From: an uncultured Gemmatimonadaceae bacterium
Lineage (GTDB): Bacteria; Gemmatimonadota; Gemmatimonadetes; Longimicrobiales; Gaopeijiaceae
Length of the DNA stretch: 64,000 nt
Reading direction: 5' to 3'
NCBI GenBank assembly: GCA_964605505.1
Contig: CAZSDD010000001.1
Coordinates: 32,840 to 96,839, forward strand
The stretch's first letter is position 1; the number at the start of each line of letters is the position of its first letter. The translations under genes and the position numbers were made by a program. The notes under the pieces are model-generated. The model did no database searches. It was not told where the DNA came from and saw only the letters and a program-made list of their open reading frames with translations. Shown here piece by piece: positions 9,192-18,385 of this stretch.

Positions 9192-9277
9192 GGTCGCCTC
9201 CTGACCGGGTTCTCTGCTAATTTAGAGGGTCCGGGGCAAGGGGCAAACGACCCTGGGTCGCCGGTGCGGAAGTTGCA

Positions 9278-9306
9278 TTGACCCTCCCCGTTCCGAAGGG
9301 TAGGAT
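9278..9306 (+). promoter_or_regulatory. candidate sigma-70-type promoter for maeB (TTGACC-N17-TAGGAT)
   Basis: Read directly; about 45 nt upstream of the maeB ATG at 9350, in a divergent intergenic region. Confidence 0.3.
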
Positions 9307-9349
9307 TCGACACCGAATATCCGTCACCTCACCAGGATCGAAGGAATAA

Positions 9350-11617
9350 ATGGCAATCACGAAGCAGGACGCTCTCGACTATCACACCATGGGTGGGCGG
9401 CCTGGCAAGATAGAGGTCAAGGCGACAAAGCCCATGGGCACGCAGAGGGAACTCTCTCTTGCCTACAGCCCCGGTGTTGCAGATCCGTGTCTGGAGATCG
9501 AGAAGAATCCCGACGACGCTTTCCTCTACACCGCAAAGGGCAACCTGGTTGCGGTGGTCTCCAACGGCACGGCTGTCCTGGGTCTGGGGAACATCGGCGC
9601 TCTGGCCTCCAAGCCCGTCATGGAGGGCAAGGGGGTACTGTTCAAGCGGTTCGCCGGGATCGACGTCTTCGACATCGAGCTCGACACCGAGGATCCGGAC
9701 GAAGTCATCCGGACCTGCCAGCTCCTGGAGCCCACCTTCGGCGGAATCAATCTGGAAGACATCAAGGCTCCGGAGTGTTTCCGCATCGAGGAGACCCTCA
9801 AGGAGACCATGGAGATCCCCGTCTTCCATGATGACCAGCACGGCACGGCCATCATCGGAGCTGCGGGTCTCCTGAACGGTCTGGAGCTGGTGGGCAAGAA
9901 ACCCGAGGAAGTCCGGGTGGTCTTCAGTGGGGCCGGTGCCTCGGCCCTCTCTTCCGCCCGGCATTTCATGCGTCTCGGCGTCAAGCACGAGAACATGATG
10001 ATGGTTGACTCCAAGGGGGTCATCTTCAAGGGCCGCACCGCCGGGATGAACGAATACAAGGAGGAGTGGGCCGTGGAAACCGAGGCCCGGACGCTGGACG
10101 ACGCCATGAAGGACGCGGACGTCTTCGTCGGGCTCTCCGTGGCCGGAATGGTGAGCAAGGAGATGGTCAGGTCCATGGCGCCCAACCCGGTCATCTTCGC
10201 TCTGGCCAACCCGGTGCCGGAGATCCTCCCGGAGGAGGTGGCGGAGGTCAGGAGCGACGCCATCATGGCCACGGGGCGCTCCGACTATGCCAATCAGGTC
10301 AACAACGTGCTGGGCTTTCCCTTCATCTTCCGGGGCGCCCTGGACGTCCGGGCTCGGTCCGTGACGCCGAACATGATGGTGGCCGCCACCCGTGCCCTGG
10401 CCGAACTGGCCCAGCAGGAGGTCCCGGAATCGGTCATCCTGGCCTACGGCGGGGATCATATCGAGTTCGGGAGAGAGTACATCATCCCCAAGCCCTTCGA
10501 TCCCAGGGTCCTGTTTTTCGTCGCCCCGGCCGTTGCCAAGGCTGCCATGGAAGACGGGGTGTCCCGCATTGAACTGGATCTGGACGAGTACCGGGATCGA
10601 CTGAAGGCCAGCCTGGGACCGGGAATGGAAGTCATGCAGCGCATGGTGTCCAAGGCCCGGAAGGCCCCCAAGCGGGTGGTCCTGCCGGACGGTTTCAGCA
10701 ACCGGATCCTGCGGGCCGCAGTGAACGTGGTGGAAGATGGCGTAGCCCGACCCATCATCATCGGACGGCCGGAGCAGGTGGAAGCCCGGGCCAAAGAGCT
10801 GGGGCTGGAGCTGAAGGGCGTGGAGATTGTCCATCCGGCAGAGGAGGAGGAGCAACGGGAGAAGTATGCTCAGGCCCTCTATCGGCGCCGGCTCCGCAGG
10901 GGTCTGACCCTGGCCGAGGCCCGGGACCAGATGTCCCGCTCCCTGCACTTCGCCGGGATGATGGTCCGGGAGGGGGACGCCGACGCCATGGTGGCTGGAA
11001 TCGAATCCAACTACCCCGAGATCATCCGGCCGGCCCTCCAGGTGGTGGGGCGAGCCGATGGGGTGAAGCATGTGGCGGGCCTCTACATGATCGCCCTTCC
11101 GGACAAGCGGCTCCTCTTCTTCGCTGACACCTCGGTGAATATCGATCCCGACACGGAGACGCTGGCGGAGATCGCCCTGCTCTCGGCTGGATTCGTGCAG
11201 GAGCTGGGCATCGAGCCCCGGGTGGCCATGCTCTCCTTCTCCAACTTCGGTTCGGCGCGGCATCCCCTCTCGGAGAAGGTTGCCCGGTCCGTGACCCGCA
11301 TCAAGGAGTTGGCTCCGGATCTGGAGGTGGACGGGGAAATGCAGGCGGACTCCGCCGTGAACTATGACATCCACCGGACCATCTATCCCTTCACCCGCCT
11401 CAAGGGAGCGGCCAACGTGCTGGTCTTCCCGAACCTGGCGGCGGCCAACACGGCCTACAAGCTCATGGGCCAGATCGGCGGGGCCGAGGTTATCGGTCCC
11501 ATTCTTCTTGGAATGCGGAAGCCGGTCCACGTGCTTCAGCGCGGCGCCACCATGCAGGAGATCGCCAACCTCATCACCATCGCCACCGTGGATGCTCAGG
11601 GGCGAGTGGCGAAGTAG
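9350..11617 (+). CDS. maeB: NADP-dependent malic enzyme (malic enzyme domain fused to a phosphotransacetylase-like domain)
   Basis: 755 aa. N-terminus is typical ([16 protein letters not shown] ... [10 protein letters not shown] ... [15 protein letters not shown] ... FHDDQHGTA). The C-terminal PTA-like half is characteristic of MaeB. Confidence 0.93.
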   Translation: MAITKQDALDYHTMGGRPGKIEVKATKPMGTQRELSLAYSPGVADPCLEIEKNPDDAFLYTAKGNLVAVVSNGTAVLGLGNIGALASKPVMEGKGVLFKRFAGIDVFDIELDTEDPDEVIRTCQLLEPTFGGINLEDIKAPECFRIEETLKETMEIPVFHDDQHGTAIIGAAGLLNGLELVGKKPEEVRVVFSGAGASALSSARHFMRLGVKHENMMMVDSKGVIFKGRTAGMNEYKEEWAVETEARTLDDAMKDADVFVGLSVAGMVSKEMVRSMAPNPVIFALANPVPEILPEEVAEVRSDAIMATGRSDYANQVNNVLGFPFIFRGALDVRARSVTPNMMVAATRALAELAQQEVPESVILAYGGDHIEFGREYIIPKPFDPRVLFFVAPAVAKAAMEDGVSRIELDLDEYRDRLKASLGPGMEVMQRMVSKARKAPKRVVLPDGFSNRILRAAVNVVEDGVARPIIIGRPEQVEARAKELGLELKGVEIVHPAEEEEQREKYAQALYRRRLRRGLTLAEARDQMSRSLHFAGMMVREGDADAMVAGIESNYPEIIRPALQVVGRADGVKHVAGLYMIALPDKRLLFFADTSVNIDPDTETLAEIALLSAGFVQELGIEPRVAMLSFSNFGSARHPLSEKVARSVTRIKELAPDLEVDGEMQADSAVNYDIHRTIYPFTRLKGAANVLVFPNLAAANTAYKLMGQIGGAEVIGPILLGMRKPVHVLQRGATMQEIANLITIATVDAQGRVAK

Positions 11618-11668
11618 CGGGCGGCTCCAGCCGACCCATTCGGGTGATGGCGTGTAGATCGGCAGTGA

Positions 11669-11710
11669 CGGGCCGGTTCCTTCCTCAAGAGGGGGCCGGC
11701 CCGGTTTATT
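11669..11710 (+). terminator. intrinsic terminator-like hairpin after maeB
   Basis: 8-bp stem CGGGCCGG/CCGGCCCG (11669-11676 and 11696-11703) followed by GTTTATT. Confidence 0.5.
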
Positions 11711-11786
11711 CGAATCCAGGCAAACCCTGGCAGGATTGCCGGGAATTCAGCACCCTTCGGGGAAAACCCCGCCAGGAGGAGCTTCC

Positions 11787-14498
11787 ATGTCAGAAGGCGC
11801 CGCACAGGGATCGAAGAGGGGACGGGATCGGAACGTCAAGGAGGTACCGCCGGAAAAACGGATTCACTACTTCGGGCGGTTGGGCTCCAGGCGGACCCGG
11901 TTCTCCAAGGAGCGACTGGGAGGGAAAGGGGCCAGCCTGGCCTACATGCGATCCCTTGGCCTGCCCGTGCCTCCCGGCTTCACCATCACCACCGAGGTCT
12001 GCGCCGAATACTACGACCGGGGTGGCAAGCTCCCCCCCGGGCTCATGGAGCAGGTCCGGGAGAACCTGTCCAAGCTGGAAGAGGAGATGGAAAAGGGTTT
12101 CGGCTCTTCGGAAGACCCTCTTCTGGTCTCTGTTCGAAGCGGCGCCGCCGCCTCCATGCCCGGGATGATGGACACGGTCCTGAACCTGGGCCTGAATGAC
12201 GAGACGGTGGAGGCCATGGGCCGCAAGATGGGAACCGAGCGGGCAGCGTTCGACGCCTACCGGCGGCTCATCAACATGTTCGGCGACGTGGTCAAGAGTG
12301 TGGGTCACGAATACTTCGAGAACGCCTTCGAAGAGATCAAGAAGGCCTATGGCGCCAGGGAAGACATCGAGGTGCCCCTGGAGGGCCTGAAGGAGCTGGT
12401 TGAGAAATACAAGACCCTTTACCGGAAGCACACCGGGGAACCCTTTCCCCAGGATCCATTCAAGCAGCTGGAGATGGCCATCGACGCCGTCTTCCGGAGT
12501 TGGAATACGCCCAGGGCCGTACGGTACCGGGAGATCAATCACATCCATGGCTTTTTGGGCACCGCCGTGAACATCCAGGCCATGGTTTTCGGAAATCTGG
12601 GGGACGATTCAGGTACCGGGGTGGCGTTCACCCGGAATCCCTCCACGGGAGAGGATGCCATCTTCGGGGAGTTCCTGGTGAACGCGCAGGGCGAGGACGT
12701 GGTTGCGGGAATCCGGACCCCCAGGCCTGTGAAGGAGCTGAGGGAATGGAACCGGAAGGTCTACGACGAGCTCATGGAGATGAAGTGGGTTCTGGAGGAG
12801 CACTTCAAGGACATGCAGGACCTGGAGTTCACCATCGAGAAGGGTGACCTCTACATGCTCCAGACCCGGAGAGGGCAGCGGACAGGGGCGGCGGCGGTCC
12901 AGATCGCCGTGGATATGGCCCAGGGCGGCATCATCACCCGGGAGGAGGCCCTGCTCCGGATTCCGCCGGAGGCCATGACCCAGCTTCTCCTGCCCAGCTT
13001 CTCCGCCAGGGACAAGGAGGGGGCTGTGATTCTGGCCCGGGGCCTGCCGGCTTCTCCGGGGGCCGCCCGAGGCAAGCTGGCCTTTACGGCGGAGGACACC
13101 GTCAGGAGAGCGGCAGCGGGGGAGAAGGTGATCCTGGTGCGCAGAGAGACGTCTCCCGAGGACGTGGACGGGATGCACCACGCCGAGGGCATTCTCACCT
13201 CCACCGGCGGAATGACCTCCCACGCGGCTGTGGTGGCCCGGGGGTGGGGAAAGTGTTGCGTGGCCGGGGCCGGCAGCCTTTCCATCTATGCTGATGAGGA
13301 GAAGGTGGTCATCGACGGCAAGAGCTACGGGCCCGATGACGTCTTCTCCCTGGACGGCTCCACCGGGGAGGTCATGGCGGGGGAGGTTCCCTTTTCCCGA
13401 CCGGAACTCTCCGGGAACTTCGCACTGGTCATGGAGTGGGCTGATGAATTCGGCACACTGGGGATCAGGGCCAACGCTGACACTCGGGAGGAAGCCCGAC
13501 GGGCCCGGGACTTCGGGGCCACGGGCATCGGCCTGACCCGGACGGAGCACATGTTCTTCGGAGAAGGCCGCATCGAGGTGGTCCAGGAGATGATCCTCTC
13601 CGACAATTCCGATGCCCGGGAAAAAGCGCTGAAAAGGCTCCTGCCCTTCCAGCGGGAGGACTTCGTGGAAATTCTCTCAGCCATGAAGGGATTCCCCGTC
13701 ACCATCCGTTTGCTCGATCCTCCTCTCCACGAGTTCCTTCCCCGGGACAAGAAGAACCAGCAGGAATTGGCGGAGAAGTTGGATCTGCCCGTCAGATGGA
13801 TCCAGGATCGGGTCCAGGACCTGGGTGAGTCCAACCCCATGCTGGGCCACCGGGGGTGCCGCCTGGCCATTACGTATCCGGAGATTCTCGTGATGCAGGT
13901 GACGGCCATCGTGGAGGCCGCCGTTGAATGCCGCCGGAACAACATCCGGGCCCTTCCGGAGATCATGATCCCCCTGGTGGGCAGCAGGAGGGAGCTCTCC
14001 CATCTTCGGGATCGGGTGGAGGACACCATCAAGGCCGTCATGGACCACCAGGGATACACCGGGAACCTGGAGATTCCCGTGGGGACCATGATCGAGGTTC
14101 CCAGGGCGGCGCTGACGGCCGGGGAGATCGCCGAGGAGGCGGATTTCTTCTCCTTCGGAACAAACGACCTGACCCAGTTGACCTTCGGGTTCAGCCGGGA
14201 CGACGCAGGCACTTTTCTCCCGGATTACCTCTCCAAGGGTATCCTTTCGGACGATCCTTTCTACTCCCTGGACCAGGATGGTGTGGGGCGGCTGGTGGCG
14301 TTGGCTACCCGGGAAGGCCGGGCGGCCAACGATTCCCTGAAGGTGGGGATCTGCGGCGAACACGGGGGGGAACCCAAGTCCATCGACTTCTGTCACCGGA
14401 TCAAGCTGGACTACGTGAGCTGCTCGTCCTTCAGAGTGCCTGTGGCTCGCCTGGCGGCGGCCCAGGCGGCCCTGAGGGAGCAGGGGGTGGAGGAGTAG
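11787..14498 (+). CDS. ppdK: pyruvate, phosphate dikinase
   Basis: LGGKGASLAYM nucleotide-binding N-terminus, the phospho-His region GGMTSHAAVVARGWGK, and a PEP-utiliser C-terminus (GICGEHGGEP). The ATG at 11787 has AGGAGGA 7 nt upstream. The N-terminus has a basic extension of about 25 aa relative to typical PPDKs. Confidence 0.93.
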   Translation: MSEGAAQGSKRGRDRNVKEVPPEKRIHYFGRLGSRRTRFSKERLGGKGASLAYMRSLGLPVPPGFTITTEVCAEYYDRGGKLPPGLMEQVRENLSKLEEEMEKGFGSSEDPLLVSVRSGAAASMPGMMDTVLNLGLNDETVEAMGRKMGTERAAFDAYRRLINMFGDVVKSVGHEYFENAFEEIKKAYGAREDIEVPLEGLKELVEKYKTLYRKHTGEPFPQDPFKQLEMAIDAVFRSWNTPRAVRYREINHIHGFLGTAVNIQAMVFGNLGDDSGTGVAFTRNPSTGEDAIFGEFLVNAQGEDVVAGIRTPRPVKELREWNRKVYDELMEMKWVLEEHFKDMQDLEFTIEKGDLYMLQTRRGQRTGAAAVQIAVDMAQGGIITREEALLRIPPEAMTQLLLPSFSARDKEGAVILARGLPASPGAARGKLAFTAEDTVRRAAAGEKVILVRRETSPEDVDGMHHAEGILTSTGGMTSHAAVVARGWGKCCVAGAGSLSIYADEEKVVIDGKSYGPDDVFSLDGSTGEVMAGEVPFSRPELSGNFALVMEWADEFGTLGIRANADTREEARRARDFGATGIGLTRTEHMFFGEGRIEVVQEMILSDNSDAREKALKRLLPFQREDFVEILSAMKGFPVTIRLLDPPLHEFLPRDKKNQQELAEKLDLPVRWIQDRVQDLGESNPMLGHRGCRLAITYPEILVMQVTAIVEAAVECRRNNIRALPEIMIPLVGSRRELSHLRDRVEDTIKAVMDHQGYTGNLEIPVGTMIEVPRAALTAGEIAEEADFFSFGTNDLTQLTFGFSRDDAGTFLPDYLSKGILSDDPFYSLDQDGVGRLVALATREGRAANDSLKVGICGEHGGEPKSIDFCHRIKLDYVSCSSFRVPVARLAAAQAALREQGVEE

Positions 14499-14524
14499 TA
14501 GGAGTATAGTAGGAGTAGTGGAGC

Positions 14525-15796
14525 TCAGCTTCCGTAGAAGAGCTGACCGGCTCGCAGGCATGCGGCCAGCTCCCTGAACAACTCCTCCATGGCCCCCCTG
14601 GGCACCGGGGCCCCCGCGCCTCCGGTGCCCTTTCCGTTCAGCCCCAGCGCCCTGAGAATCTGGTCGGCCAGGGTTCCCCTTCGGAGGATGTGCCGGGCTT
14701 CCCGGGCCTGATCCGGGTCCTGGAGGTAGGATTCCCCGTCGGCCCGCTCCAGCAGGTGCCACCAGAGCTCCCGGGCCCGGGCCCCCCTCCCCGGGAATCC
14801 CATGACTTCCAGATACTCCCGGTCCCGGATGACGGCGGCCTCCCCATGGCGGATGCACTCCTGGAAGGCAGCCACCAGTGGCGGGGAGGCCATGGCTTTT
14901 TGCCGGGCCACCGGAGAGATGACCTGGTCCACCAGGAGCCTGAGGGCCCCCACCGTTAGCCCAACCAGGGCCAGGTCCGCCCCGGGACACTCCTGCACGT
15001 CCACCACCCGGATCTCGATGCTCCCCCGGCCAAAGCGGGCGATGGCCCCCCTTGAGTTCAGGAATTCCTCTTGCAGGATCCCTTCCGGGTCCAGGGGTGC
15101 GATGTCCAGGTACATCCTTCCCAGGATCTCCCGTTCGTAGTCCCCCCGGGTGAAGATGGGTTCGGGAATGATCTCCCCGGCCACCGAGGGGATTCGTCGG
15201 GAATTGTGCCGGTAGACCTCCATCCTCGAATCCAGGAAACCCGTGGTCCGCCCCTCAACCAGGGGGGAACTGGCGGCAACTCCCGGGAGGATGGGGAGGA
15301 TGAGGCGGATGGCGGCGTGGAGGCGGCCGAATTCCCCATCGTCTGCAAAGGGAAGATTGATGTGGGTGCTCTGCAGATTGGACCAGCCATGTCCCTGGCA
15401 CCCGAAGATCCGGTCGTAGGCGTGGTAGACGGGGCTGAATTCGTGGGGCCAGAGGACCGTCTCCCGGTGGGGGTTCATCCAGGGGTGCATGGCCGTGGGG
15501 AGAAGAATTCCCCCCATGTCCGAGAGGATGCTGCTCACCTTTCCCACGTGGGATTGGAACGCGTTCTGGAGCCCGGTCAGGAACGGCGCCGGCCCGTTGG
15601 TCTTCAGCTCCACCACGTGAAGGACCAGCTCGTTGGACCAGGCCAGGGAGCCCACCTCCACCTCCGGCACGATCGTTCCGGCCTGGGCCGCCAGGATCCG
15701 GTCCACCACAGGAAGGACATCCAGGGATCCGGCATCCACCACCATATACTCCAGCTCTACGCCGAAGCCCTGGAAGAGCCCCAGCCTTCCGCTCAT
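14525..15796 (-). CDS. carboxylate-amine ligase, GCS2/YbdK family (glutamate-cysteine ligase family 2)
   Basis: By eye the protein aligns along its length with E. coli YbdK: FGVELEYMVVD, THINLPF, ILPGVAASSPLVEGRTTGFLDSRMEVY, SIEIRVVDVQECP. The start ATG overlaps the upstream stop by 4 nt (ATGA). Confidence 0.85.
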   Translation of the reverse strand: MSGRLGLFQGFGVELEYMVVDAGSLDVLPVVDRILAAQAGTIVPEVEVGSLAWSNELVLHVVELKTNGPAPFLTGLQNAFQSHVGKVSSILSDMGGILLPTAMHPWMNPHRETVLWPHEFSPVYHAYDRIFGCQGHGWSNLQSTHINLPFADDGEFGRLHAAIRLILPILPGVAASSPLVEGRTTGFLDSRMEVYRHNSRRIPSVAGEIIPEPIFTRGDYEREILGRMYLDIAPLDPEGILQEEFLNSRGAIARFGRGSIEIRVVDVQECPGADLALVGLTVGALRLLVDQVISPVARQKAMASPPLVAAFQECIRHGEAAVIRDREYLEVMGFPGRGARARELWWHLLERADGESYLQDPDQAREARHILRRGTLADQILRALGLNGKGTGGAGAPVPRGAMEELFRELAACLRAGQLFYGS

Positions 15797-17262
15797 TTGC
15801 CGTTCCTCACGTGTCGCGCCTCCAGCCGCCGGAGGAAGGTGGCCATGACCCTCCTGTAGATCTCCTTCCCTTCTACCCTGTCTTCGTACCCGGCGTCCAC
15901 ATTGGGGTTGTCGTTGACCTCCACCACGTGGATCCTCCCGTCCCGCTCCTTGAGGTCCACCCCGTAGAGTCCGCGGCCGATGGGCTGGGTGGCCCGGATG
16001 GCGGTCTCTTTCACCTCGGGGGGGACCTCGCCGAGAGGGACGGCCTCCACCCCGCCATAGCGGGTGTCGGTTCCCCCGTCTCCCCGGATGATCTGCCAGT
16101 GGCCCCGGGCCATGTGATACCGGGCGGCAAAGAGAGGCTCCCCCCCGAGGATCCCCACTCGCCAGTCGAATTGGGTGGGGAAGAACTCCTGGGCGATGAG
16201 GAGGTCCGATCCTTCCAGGAATTCCCTGGTCCTGGCCCGAAAGCTCTCCATGTCGTCTACCCTGACCACTCCCTGGGAGAAGGAGGAGTCCGGGAGCTTG
16301 AGAATCATGGGGAATCCCAGGGCGGCTGCCGCCTGGTCCAGGTTGTCCTTGTGGAGGATCACCGTGGTGGGGGCCGGTATCTTGTGCCGACTGAAGAGCT
16401 CGGCGAGGAAGACCTTGTTGGTGCAGAGCAGGATGGATTCCGGGTCGTCCATCACCACCAATCCCTCGGCGGCAGCGGTTCTGGAGAAGCGGAAGGTGTA
16501 GTGGTTTACCGAAGTGGTGGCCCGGATGAAGAGGGCATCGAATTCCAGGAGGCGACCCAGATCGTCCTTTCCGATTCGCTCCGTCCGGATTCCGATTTCC
16601 TCCGCCGCCGTTTCAAAGCGGCTCAGGGCGCGGTCGTCGGAGGGAGCATGGGTCTCTGCGGGGTCTGTGAGGATGGCCAGGTCGTAGCGGAAGACATGGG
16701 GCCTGGCCCGGGCTCGAGCCCGGCCGGCGAAGAACCGCTGGGTCTGTTCGATGACGAAGGGCCGGTGGTTGTCGGGAATCTCCCTGGCGCCGATGGCCCG
16801 GAGGGAACGGAGCTCCCAGCGTCCGCTCCGCCGGACGAACTGGGCACGGAGGAGGGGCGCCGGAAAGAGACCGAAGAGTTGGTGGCTGAGCTTCCGGTAT
16901 TTCTTGGCCAGGTTCTCTCCGAAGTAGATGCTCAGGGAGAAGGTGTCCGTGGTGAGGCTGGCGAGATTCCGCTGAGTGAGCATCTCCAGGTCCTCGGAGA
17001 TGATTCGGACCACCGATTGGTGCTTCAGATCCTGTATGGTGGCCACGTCGGGAAGGGGGCGGTGGCCCCGGGCCTCGGCCAGAAGCGACACGTAATATCC
17101 CAGGCTCTGGTAGCGGTAGGACCGGCAGACGTTGAAGACCCTCACTCCCCGCTGCCCACTCCACATGGGGTCCGTCAGGTACGTCCTGGCAAGGACAACC
17201 CGGGCGCCCGGGACGTCCAGGGGCCAGTTCTCGGGCCTTTCCACAACCAGAATCCTGTCCAT
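15793..17262 (-). CDS. RimK-type ATP-grasp ligase with a ~200-aa N-terminal extension (RLAN-like)
   Basis: The C-terminal half is ATP-grasp-like (CTNKVFLAELFSRHKIP, FPMILKLPDSSFSQGVVRV, LIAQEFFPTQFDWRVGILGG, GVDLKERDGRIHVVEVNDNP). The N-terminal part (VFNVCRSYRYQSLGYYVSLLAEARGH) resembles the RimK-like ATP-grasp N-terminal domain. GGAGGA lies 7 nt upstream of the ATG. Confidence 0.85.
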   Translation of the reverse strand: MDRILVVERPENWPLDVPGARVVLARTYLTDPMWSGQRGVRVFNVCRSYRYQSLGYYVSLLAEARGHRPLPDVATIQDLKHQSVVRIISEDLEMLTQRNLASLTTDTFSLSIYFGENLAKKYRKLSHQLFGLFPAPLLRAQFVRRSGRWELRSLRAIGAREIPDNHRPFVIEQTQRFFAGRARARARPHVFRYDLAILTDPAETHAPSDDRALSRFETAAEEIGIRTERIGKDDLGRLLEFDALFIRATTSVNHYTFRFSRTAAAEGLVVMDDPESILLCTNKVFLAELFSRHKIPAPTTVILHKDNLDQAAAALGFPMILKLPDSSFSQGVVRVDDMESFRARTREFLEGSDLLIAQEFFPTQFDWRVGILGGEPLFAARYHMARGHWQIIRGDGGTDTRYGGVEAVPLGEVPPEVKETAIRATQPIGRGLYGVDLKERDGRIHVVEVNDNPNVDAGYEDRVEGKEIYRRVMATFLRRLEARHVRNGK

Positions 17263-17350
17263 GATCAGTCCTCCGGACCCGCCATCACAGGAATTGTCTT
17301 CGCGAACCGAGGAATCGTCTCCGCCACCCGGGTTCGGTCGATGTCCACGC

Positions 17351-18103
17351 TCATTCCTTCGGCTCCAGGATCAGGAGGTTGGCATCATTGGTCAGGACCC
17401 CCAGGAGGATGGCTGTGATGAGCCGCTCCATCCGGACCGGGTAGAAGGTGGAGCTTACCCAGGGCGTGCCCCCCAGGGGATCGGCCACCAGGACCTGATC
17501 CGATTCAGGCTCATGGCCTGCCAGGACCACGAAATGGCCCTGGGGGTCCCCCTTTATGTCGTCGTCCCGGACGCCCACCTCTCGGGGTGCCTGGTAGAGG
17601 TAGGTGGCGCTGAGGCCGGTGAGGATGGGGAGTCCCCGGTTCAGATATCCGCGAATGAGGCTGCCGGAGAGGTCGTCCATCCGGACTTCGCCTCCCAGGG
17701 CCAGGAACCGCTCGTAGGCCTCGGCGGCGGTTCTCCGCCGCTTCCCCTCCATGGTCAGGATGGACTGTCTGAGCCGTTCCCTGAACACCTTCCGAGAAAG
17801 GGAGAACCAGGTGGGGTCGAAGACCCGGAGGTTGTAGGAATGGAGAAGAGCCCGATACCCCCGCTCCAGGGCATGGCAGCCCAGGAGGACAGCCAGGGTA
17901 CCGCCTCCCTCCAGGGACCGGACCTCATGAATGAGAGCGTTCAACTCCATGTCGTCTCCGAAGTGACGGTAAACGGCGTGGAGGCAGGTGGGACCGCAGG
18001 TGAAGAGATCCCCCTGGCGGCGCATGTCCAGGGTCGGGAAGACAGCCGGGAAGGATGCCCGGATGCCTCCCTCCTCCGGGTAGGGGGCGGAACGCTTGGG
18101 CAT
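17351..18103 (-). CDS. papain-fold cysteine peptidase, C39-like, free-standing
   Basis: A C39-type triad is visible: Cys in LFTCGPTCLHAV, His in QGHFVVLAGH, Asp in VLVADPLGG. The start is uncertain: ATG 18103 is preferred (GGAGAG just upstream), with alternatives TTG 18181 and ATG 18025. Confidence 0.72.
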   Translation of the reverse strand: MPKRSAPYPEEGGIRASFPAVFPTLDMRRQGDLFTCGPTCLHAVYRHFGDDMELNALIHEVRSLEGGGTLAVLLGCHALERGYRALLHSYNLRVFDPTWFSLSRKVFRERLRQSILTMEGKRRRTAAEAYERFLALGGEVRMDDLSGSLIRGYLNRGLPILTGLSATYLYQAPREVGVRDDDIKGDPQGHFVVLAGHEPESDQVLVADPLGGTPWVSSTFYPVRMERLITAILLGVLTNDANLLILEPKE

Positions 18104-18385
18104 GGCTCTCCGGGGAATCAGCCCTTCGGAACAGGCACTGGGAGGGCAGCCTTTCCCGGGGCGGGATGAATGACCTATCAAGGGGCCCTTTCGGGGGCCG
18201 ACTCGAAAATAATCCAGGAAGAGGGTGGAGCACAGGGAGATGCTTCCTCAGCCAAAGGGGCTTCCGGGAGCCCGGAAGGTTTCCCCGGGGGGTGCGACGG
18301 CGGAGTCTCCGCCCCAGATTGTGGTGGCGCCTCCCCGGCTTCGGAGCCGGGGAGGAAGGCTACTGGAGAAACACCCCCATCGGAG

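Noticed and set aside
9329-11530. 733-aa ORF antisense to maeB.
   Set aside because: Shadow ORF opposite a clear malic-enzyme gene. The composition is not protein-like.
11618-14498. maeB and ppdK adjacency as a special malate-to-pyruvate-to-PEP module.
   Set aside because: It makes functional sense, but the two genes are separated by a terminator-like hairpin and a 169-nt spacer, and both are common core genes. I see nothing unusual beyond a ~25-aa basic N-terminal extension on PPDK.
15811-17418. 535-aa plus-strand ORF across the ATP-grasp gene.
   Set aside because: It is antisense to a well-supported ATP-grasp ligase. The sequence is low complexity and Gly/Pro/Val/Glu-rich.
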